DNA from: a virus
Taxonomy: Duplodnaviria; Caudoviricetes
Reading direction: 5' to 3' (one strand)
DNA: 54,301 nucleotides
IMG/VR virus record: IMGVR_UViG_3300033067_001161
Location: 1 to 54,301 of that record
Within the stretch, counting starts at the first letter, position 1. Each line of letters starts with the position of its first letter. Positions 49,064-54,301 of the stretch are shown piece after piece. The notes beneath the pieces are model-generated. The model was not told the origin of the DNA and did not search any database. It worked only from the letters and a program-made list of their open reading frames with translations. The position numbers and the translations under genes are program-made.

Positions 49064-49669
49064 ATGGAAAAGAAAGTTTTAACAGAAAACATTAAAGACG
49101 GAATCTTAGAAGGATTTTTAAATGAAGAATCCCAAGCGGCTAAACAAGCAAAATCATTAGGAATGAGATATGTTGGTTTCGGTAGATGGTCTGATGGAAA
49201 ACTTACATATAAATCTGATGGTGCTAATTTGATTCCTATGGAAGGTGCAAAAGATAAACCTAAATCTCAGGATGATTTTTTACAGAAGTTTGTTAAGAAA
49301 TGTAATGAAGTTGCCGAACAAAAAAAGAGTGGAAAATCTTTATTGCAAACTATGATTTCTATGTTACCTGGAAGAGAAAAGGGTGAACACTTTGGAAAAA
49401 CTGAAGTATTGGAGAAAATATTAAATTCTGCTATTCCATATTTTAATAAATTTGTATTAAATGCATTAAATAATAAGCAATTCAGAGTGGATTTACTTAA
49501 AGAATATTTAGGAAAATTTGAAAAGAATATTGGTGAACAAGACCCATTAAAGGACAATCCAAAGGTAAATCAACAGAAACCACAAATGCAACAGAAACCG
49601 CAAATGCAACAGAAACCGCAAATGCAAGCAGTTTCAAAACCTAATGTTCCCCAAGTTAAACCTCAATAA
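49064..49669 (+). CDS. Putative internal head protein with GFGR module
   Basis: LTE, ILE, LNE sites then ESQAAKQAKSLGMRYVGFGRW; Gln/Pro tail. Confidence 0.65.
   Translation: MEKKVLTENIKDGILEGFLNEESQAAKQAKSLGMRYVGFGRWSDGKLTYKSDGANLIPMEGAKDKPKSQDDFLQKFVKKCNEVAEQKKSGKSLLQTMISMLPGREKGEHFGKTEVLEKILNSAIPYFNKFVLNALNNKQFRVDLLKEYLGKFEKNIGEQDPLKDNPKVNQQKPQMQQKPQMQQKPQMQAVSKPNVPQVKPQ
49571..49627 (+). repeat. 18-bp tandem repeat x3 (QQKPQM)
   Basis: caacagaaacc(a/g)caaatg. Confidence 0.9.
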
Positions 49670-49673
49670 TTAT

Positions 49674-49707
49674 TTGTAGTAAGTGGAATTAAATCTACTT
49701 ACTACAA
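49674..49707. other. 14-bp stem-loop without U-tract
   Basis: TTGTAGTAAGTGGA-attaaa-TCTACTTACTACAA (one G-T pair). Confidence 0.7.
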
Positions 49708-49774
49708 TAAAAAACAAATTACACACATAAAAAATATCATTTTTACATTTTTTTTAGAAAAGTGTGAAAAATAA

Positions 49775-49789
49775 TATATTTATATAAAA
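49775..49789 (+). promoter_or_regulatory. Putative late promoter TATATTTATATAAAA
   Basis: Exact motif copy before scaffold/capsid. Confidence 0.8.
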
Positions 49790-49829
49790 AAACTGTTTGA
49801 CAAAATTAAATATAAACGGAGAATCGACA

Positions 49830-50780
49830 ATGGCAGAGAAGAAACAAAAAACAGCAACAGATTTAGTGAATGAGTCAGTTGAATTCGCAAGTAGATTGAA
49901 AAAATCTGCTGAAAATTCAGCATTGGCTACATTTAGTAATTTAATTGCTGAAGATGTGAAATTATCATTAACTGAAAGTCTTGAACCTTTTGGTACACAA
50001 CCTGATCATCCATCAGGATATGACATGGATGGCGGACAAAAAAGAATTGAAGGTAGTGGAGAATCTTTAGAAGATAAAGGTGATGGTCCAGACATTATCG
50101 AAGGTGATGCACCTGATGAAGGTGGAGCAACAATGAGCACAAAGAAAGATGCTGTTAAAGCTGACAACGCAATGAAATCTATTGCTGAAATGGATGATTT
50201 GAATCTTGATTTACCTGGTGGTGAAGGTGGTGAAGGTGAAGAAGACGGAAAAGATATGAATATGGAAAGTTCTGAATTGTCGGTTGAATCTGATGATGAA
50301 GATGCTGATGATAAAAAAGATATCAAAGAAGGTGACGAGAAAAAAGACGATGAAAAAGAAAAAGTCGTTAAAGAAAATAAAGTGTTGAAACAACAACTTG
50401 CTAAATTAAAAACTGAAAATGCTAAACTTCAAAAAGGTCTTTCTTTTGTAAAAGCTAGATTAGAAGAAACAGCATTGATCAATCAGAAAATGGATGCAAT
50501 GTCTAAAATTTTCTCTAATTTCCCTGCTATTACTCCTGCTAATAAGAGAAAAATTGCTGAGAGCATAAACAAAGCTACATCATTTGTTCAAGTTAAAGCT
50601 GTTTTTGATACAGTTGTTCCAATTCTTAAAGAACACTATTCAAAAAAACCTGCTGATCAAGTATCAACAAGAGCAAAACAAATAGTAGAGTCTGCTAAAA
50701 AGAATCAAGATAATATGTTGAATGAAGGAACTAAAGAAAATTATTCCAGATTCCAAAAATTAGCTGGTCTTGATAGTTAA
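49830..50780 (+). CDS. Prohead scaffold/core protein (gp22-like)
   Basis: ATG 49830 after ACGGAG (track start 49797 is TTG); acidic middle, coiled coil, C-term RFQKLAGL; precedes capsid. Confidence 0.85.
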   Translation: MAEKKQKTATDLVNESVEFASRLKKSAENSALATFSNLIAEDVKLSLTESLEPFGTQPDHPSGYDMDGGQKRIEGSGESLEDKGDGPDIIEGDAPDEGGATMSTKKDAVKADNAMKSIAEMDDLNLDLPGGEGGEGEEDGKDMNMESSELSVESDDEDADDKKDIKEGDEKKDDEKEKVVKENKVLKQQLAKLKTENAKLQKGLSFVKARLEETALINQKMDAMSKIFSNFPAITPANKRKIAESINKATSFVQVKAVFDTVVPILKEHYSKKPADQVSTRAKQIVESAKKNQDNMLNEGTKENYSRFQKLAGLDS

Positions 50781-50848
50781 TTGATTTAGTGTAGAAAAAA
50801 AAATAAAAAAAAATAAAACTTGTAAAGAAACAAAACGGAGAATCAACA

Positions 50849-52615
50849 ATGGTAAATGAAGCGCAATTGCTAAAAACTTTGACTGAAGATAGTCAGAGAT
50901 TTGTGCAAAACCAAAAAGTCATCAGAGACAGATTGGTTGGAAAATGGAAGAAAACTGGATTACTTGAGAAAATGGATTATACTCGCCAGCAAAATATGGC
51001 AGTAATGATGGAAAATGAAGCTCAAGCATTAAATTATTTATTGCAAGAATCAACGATGAATTCATCTGTTGCTGGATTTAGTAAAATAGCATTCCCATTA
51101 GTAAGACGTGTTTTTGCTAACTTGATTGCTGATAAAATTGTATCTATTCAACCTATGTCTTTACCTTCAGGTTTGTTATTCTATTTGGATTTCAAATACG
51201 AAGGTTCAACAACTAAACCTCCTTATACATCAGGTGGTTCACTTTATGGTAATTTATCATTCGGTGGAAACACTAAATTAGAAGGTCTTGGAGCTCAGTT
51301 AGCTAGTGGTGGTTTTTATGGTCTTAACAGTTCATTCGGATATAGAATATTCAGAACTGGTCCATCTCTTTCCGCAAGTACCTATGCAGGTGCTACAACA
51401 GCGGCGGCTACTTCTACTTGGGTTGCTTCATTTGTTGATGAAGACGGAACAACTAAAACAGCTCAAAGATATGAATTTAACTTGGCAACTAATATTACTA
51501 AATTAGACCTTTCTAATTTAAGACAATATGTTGTTGTTGCTTCTGCTAATATTAGCAATGATCAAAGTTCATTGTACAAAGGTTTATCTGGTGTTGCATC
51601 AGCTAATAGTGCATTCCCTATTTTACGTGGTGAGACTGCTCTTTCTGGAGCCGCTGTTGATACTGCAACTCAATCTCTTACATCAGGTAAGATAGTTGTT
51701 TACTCAGTAAGTGGTGCTTTAGTTGGAACATCTGACACTTTAACAGGTGCTGAATTGTTAGTTATTGCTAGAACAGATGTAGATAATAGAGTTGAATTTG
51801 AAGCAGTTGCTCAGATTCCTGAAATCAACTTAGAGATCAAAAAAATCGAAGTTATTTCTCAAACTCGTAAATTGAAAACAAAATGGTCTCCTGAAATGGC
51901 TCAAGATATCAATGCTTATCATGGTCTTGATGCTGAATTAGAGTTGACAAAGATTCTTTCTGAACAAATCATAATTGATATTGACAGAGAAATCGTTGGT
52001 GACTTGTTAACAGGTGCTCATTTCAAAGATGTATGGTCAAGAAAAATTGGTAAGTATGTAACTATTAACTCTGCAGGTACTGTTGTTGCTAACACAACTA
52101 ACTCTGACATCTTAGGATTTGGAGCAGGTTCGAATGGTGCAGGTCCTGTATTCAGAGGAACACAAAAAGAATGGTATCAGACATTGATTGAAAAGATCAA
52201 CAAAATGTCTTATAAGATATTCCAAGTTGTTCTTCGTGGTAGAGCTAACTTCATCGTAACTTCAGCTACTGTAGCAGGAATGTTAGAGTCGACAGAAGAT
52301 TACAGAATGGATATTGGAGCTGATCGTGTTAATGGTGAGATTGGTGTTATAAGAACAGGTACTCTTCAAAATAGATATGCAGTCTACGTAGACCCTTATC
52401 TTCCTGATGGATTGTTACTTGTTGGGTATAAAGGAACTAACTTCTTAGAGTCAGGATATGTGTACGCACCTTATATTCCTCTTGTTGCTGTGCCTACATT
52501 GTTTGACCCAGAAGATTTCACACCTAGAAAAGGGGTAATGACTCGTTACGCGAAACAGATGGTCCGCCCTGAATTCTACGGAGTAATCTTCGTGTTAGAC
52601 CTTGATTTATTCTAA
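50849..52615 (+). CDS. Major capsid protein (gp23-like)
   Basis: KWKKTGLLE, AFPLVRRVF, VSIQPMSLPSGLLFYLDF, TRKLKTKWSPEMAQDINAYH, GYVYAPYIPL, FTPRKGVMTRYA. Confidence 0.97.
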   Translation: MVNEAQLLKTLTEDSQRFVQNQKVIRDRLVGKWKKTGLLEKMDYTRQQNMAVMMENEAQALNYLLQESTMNSSVAGFSKIAFPLVRRVFANLIADKIVSIQPMSLPSGLLFYLDFKYEGSTTKPPYTSGGSLYGNLSFGGNTKLEGLGAQLASGGFYGLNSSFGYRIFRTGPSLSASTYAGATTAAATSTWVASFVDEDGTTKTAQRYEFNLATNITKLDLSNLRQYVVVASANISNDQSSLYKGLSGVASANSAFPILRGETALSGAAVDTATQSLTSGKIVVYSVSGALVGTSDTLTGAELLVIARTDVDNRVEFEAVAQIPEINLEIKKIEVISQTRKLKTKWSPEMAQDINAYHGLDAELELTKILSEQIIIDIDREIVGDLLTGAHFKDVWSRKIGKYVTINSAGTVVANTTNSDILGFGAGSNGAGPVFRGTQKEWYQTLIEKINKMSYKIFQVVLRGRANFIVTSATVAGMLESTEDYRMDIGADRVNGEIGVIRTGTLQNRYAVYVDPYLPDGLLLVGYKGTNFLESGYVYAPYIPLVAVPTLFDPEDFTPRKGVMTRYAKQMVRPEFYGVIFVLDLDLF

Positions 52616-52630
52616 TAAATTTAGTATATT
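52602..52630 (+). promoter_or_regulatory. Sigma70-like promoter TTGATT-N17-TATATT overlapping capsid 3' end
   Basis: Same geometry as other four copies. Confidence 0.45.
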
Positions 52631-52645
52631 TCCAATAAATTTACG

Positions 52646-52682
52646 AATCAACTCTCTGAAATATGAGAGTTGATTTTATTTT
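52646..52682 (+). terminator. Intrinsic terminator after capsid gene
   Basis: AATCAACTCTC-tgaaatat-GAGAGTTGATT then TTATTTT. Confidence 0.8.
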
Positions 52683-52717
52683 AAATTTCTATAAGTTAAT
52701 GGTTAGGAAAAAATTTT

Positions 52718-53611
52718 ATGAATTGTCCAATTTGCCAAATACAATTAAAGAATCATAAAGGAATGAGTTATCATTTTACAATTGAGCATAAATTAGATTA
52801 TATAAAATATCTTGTCGAACGTAAATTAATAGAAGTTCCCAAATGTAAATATTGTGAAAATGATATTGATGTTATTTCTAAAAAATCAAAAGGAAGACAA
52901 ACTGTATTAAATCATCCAGAAGAATTAATTTATTGTTCTAATGATTGTAAATATAAAGATGACGATTATAAAAAAATATTAAGTGATAATGGTAAAAAAG
53001 GATGTAAAGCAATTACTGGTGCAAATAGGGAAAAATATAAAGAAGAAAATAGAAAAAAAGTTTCAGTGACAGCAATAAAAAATTGGCAAAATAAAGAGAT
53101 ACGTGATAAGATGGTAGAGTCTGCTAAAGAAAAAGTTTTCACAAAAGAACACAAACAAAATATATCTAATGCAATGACAGGATTATTAAAAACTGATGAA
53201 CATAAAGAAAAAATTAGAAAGACTGTAGTTAATAGATATGTTAACGGTGATGGGTACGGTCATAAGTATAAATTTTTTTCTGAAAAGAATAATAAGACAG
53301 TTTATTTAAAATCTTCTTACGAATTAAAAATGGCAAAACTATTAGAACAGTTAAATGAAATAAAAATATATAACTACGAGTCAATAGTTCTTAATAGAGA
53401 AGATGGTAAAGCATATATTCCTGATTTTTATTTTATATTAAATAAAAAACATTACTTAGTTGAGATCGATAGATATAAAGGATTTAAAGAAAAGTATGGG
53501 TATGGGTGGAAACTAGAGTTAGCACGGCAACATTGCCAACAAAACGGATGGACTTTTTTGTATTTTGATGTAAATGATATTGACAATTTCAATATAAATG
53601 CTTATATTTAA
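52718..53611 (+). CDS. Putative homing endonuclease: Zn fingers, NUMOD3-like repeats, C-terminal TnsA-like PD-(D/E)xK nuclease
   Basis: CPIC..H..EH, PKCKYC, YCSNDC; TKEHKQNIS, TDEHKEKIR; KSSYE..YES..YIPDF..LVEID. Confidence 0.75.
   Translation: MNCPICQIQLKNHKGMSYHFTIEHKLDYIKYLVERKLIEVPKCKYCENDIDVISKKSKGRQTVLNHPEELIYCSNDCKYKDDDYKKILSDNGKKGCKAITGANREKYKEENRKKVSVTAIKNWQNKEIRDKMVESAKEKVFTKEHKQNISNAMTGLLKTDEHKEKIRKTVVNRYVNGDGYGHKYKFFSEKNNKTVYLKSSYELKMAKLLEQLNEIKIYNYESIVLNREDGKAYIPDFYFILNKKHYLVEIDRYKGFKEKYGYGWKLELARQHCQQNGWTFLYFDVNDIDNFNINAYI
53580..53608 (+). promoter_or_regulatory. Sigma70-like promoter TTGACA-N17-TATATT
   Basis: Perfect -35 inside 3' end of endonuclease gene, 6 nt before next ATG. 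Confidence 0.6.
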
Positions 53612-53614
53612 ACT

Positions 53615-53872
53615 ATGCAAATATTTAGAAACAACAATAAAGCATATGAATTTTTGAAAATTATAAACAGGTATCCTATCTTTTCAAAAGTTATTTTAGA
53701 TGAAATAGATAATAAGTTAGTTGAATTATCTAAAATGCCTGACATCATTATATTTAATGATGGAATTAAATATTTTATATGTAAAGAATTGGACGAAGTT
53801 AAAATAATATCAGAAGGTAATGATCTATTAGATGATAGTGAATATGATGAACTTAATAAGTTATTGGTGTAA
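53615..53872 (+). CDS. Hypothetical protein
   Basis: ORF between two promoters. Confidence 0.55.
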   Translation: MQIFRNNNKAYEFLKIINRYPIFSKVILDEIDNKLVELSKMPDIIIFNDGIKYFICKELDEVKIISEGNDLLDDSEYDELNKLLV

Positions 53873-53876
53873 ACTA

Positions 53877-53905
53877 TTGACATTAAATGATTTTTTTATT
53901 ATATT
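53877..53905 (+). promoter_or_regulatory. Sigma70-like promoter TTGACA-N17-TATATT
   Basis: Intergenic, perfect -35. Confidence 0.72.
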
Positions 53906-53945
53906 GTAATTAACTTAAATTTTAATCTAAAGAAAGGCAAAAATT

Positions 53946-54140
53946 ATGTTAGAATTAGTAGAAATGCACGAAAAGTGGAAAAATTCGGATTATACTCCAA
54001 CACCAGAAGAGTTGAGTATTTTAGGTGTGTATGATTTAATTCAAAAGTATACTCCAGAAGATGAAAAATCTGAAAGAATGCTTCAATTATCTCTTTTGGT
54101 TTCCGATATTTCTGAGTTTGTATCTGCTGTAGAAGAATAA
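53946..54140 (+). CDS. Hypothetical acidic protein
   Basis: AAAGG RBS; ends 2 nt before tRNA. Confidence 0.6.
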   Translation: MLELVEMHEKWKNSDYTPTPEELSILGVYDLIQKYTPEDEKSERMLQLSLLVSDISEFVSAVEE

Positions 54141-54142
54141 TT

Positions 54143-54238
54143 GGAAGAGTGGCTGAGTTGGTTGAAGGCGACGGTCTTGAAAACCGTTGGGCATCTGCAA
54201 ACACAGGTGCTCCCTGGGTTCGAATCCCAGCTCTTCCG
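54143..54238 (+). tRNA. tRNA-Ser (anticodon TGA)
   Basis: Acceptor GGAAGAG/CTCTTCC + G discriminator; anticodon arm ACGGT-CTTGAAA-ACCGT; long variable arm; T arm CTGGG-TTCGAAT-CCCAG; CCA not encoded. Confidence 0.95.
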
Positions 54239-54272
54239 CACTATAATTATTTATCAATAAAAGGAGAATACT

Positions 54273-54301
54273 ATGGATGGAAAAAATGTACAGTTAACGC
54301 A
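54273..54301 (+). CDS. Start of a gene truncated by the window edge
   Basis: AAGGAG then ATG GAT GGA AAA, open to end. Confidence 0.5.

Noticed and set aside
49674-49707. AAATCTACT/GTAG resemblance to a Cas12a direct repeat
   Set aside because: Single copy, different stem geometry, no spacers or effector.
40396-51506. Short alternative-frame plus ORFs at 40396-40578 and 51306-51506
   Set aside because: Nested inside terminase and capsid genes, no RBS or motif support.
39837-52615. Inteins or introns in terminase, portal, protease or capsid
   Set aside because: ORFs are continuous, of expected size, with no intein C/HN termini or LAGLIDADG motifs seen.
86-54140. Stop-codon reassignment as in some large phages
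   Set aside because: Core genes are full length in the standard code, and TAG/TGA stops are followed by new starts with RBS.
2292-54204. Minus-strand ORFs in the track (e.g. 10331, 34262, 44215, 46706, 50006, 53944)
   Set aside because: All are shadows of well-supported plus-strand genes or the tRNA, with no recognisable motifs.
54143-54238. tRNA-Sec or UGA suppressor
   Set aside because: Anticodon is TGA (reads UCA, Ser), not TCA; acceptor stem is the ordinary 7 bp.

Overview
Very AT-rich, gene-dense segment of a large T4-like (myovirus-type) phage genome, with essentially all real genes on the + strand in standard genetic code. In order: a glycosyltransferase/methyltransferase block; baseplate and tail genes (spike-like protein, GIY-YIG endonuclease, gp25-like, gp6-like, an inserted Ser/Thr-repeat fibre cassette, many paralogous tail proteins); a DNA-metabolism island (RuvC-like resolvase, primase, fused SbcD-SbcC); a late operon with an inorganic pyrophosphatase-like protein, holin/spanin-like membrane proteins and a stand-alone CheY-like receiver; a small RHH regulator plus a glycosyltransferase; the head module (terminase, portal, prohead protease, core proteins, ribosomal protein bS21, scaffold, major capsid protein); a second homing endonuclease; and tRNA-Ser(UGA). 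Two promoter classes are visible: a late-type motif TATATTTATATAAAA (about 10 intergenic copies) and TTGA(C/T)(A/T)-N17-TATATT (5 copies). The best candidates for undescribed biology are (1) a virion-wide hydrophobic-[S/T]-[G/A/S] motif alongside three phage glycosyltransferases, suggesting a virion O-glycosylation system, (2) a Cys-insert receiver domain in a lysis-like operon, (3) a shared GFGR N-terminal module and LxE protease sites marking putative capsid-packaged enzymes, and (4) a shared ACGGAG leader on bS21, scaffold and capsid genes. All family assignments were made by eye from motifs; no searches were run.
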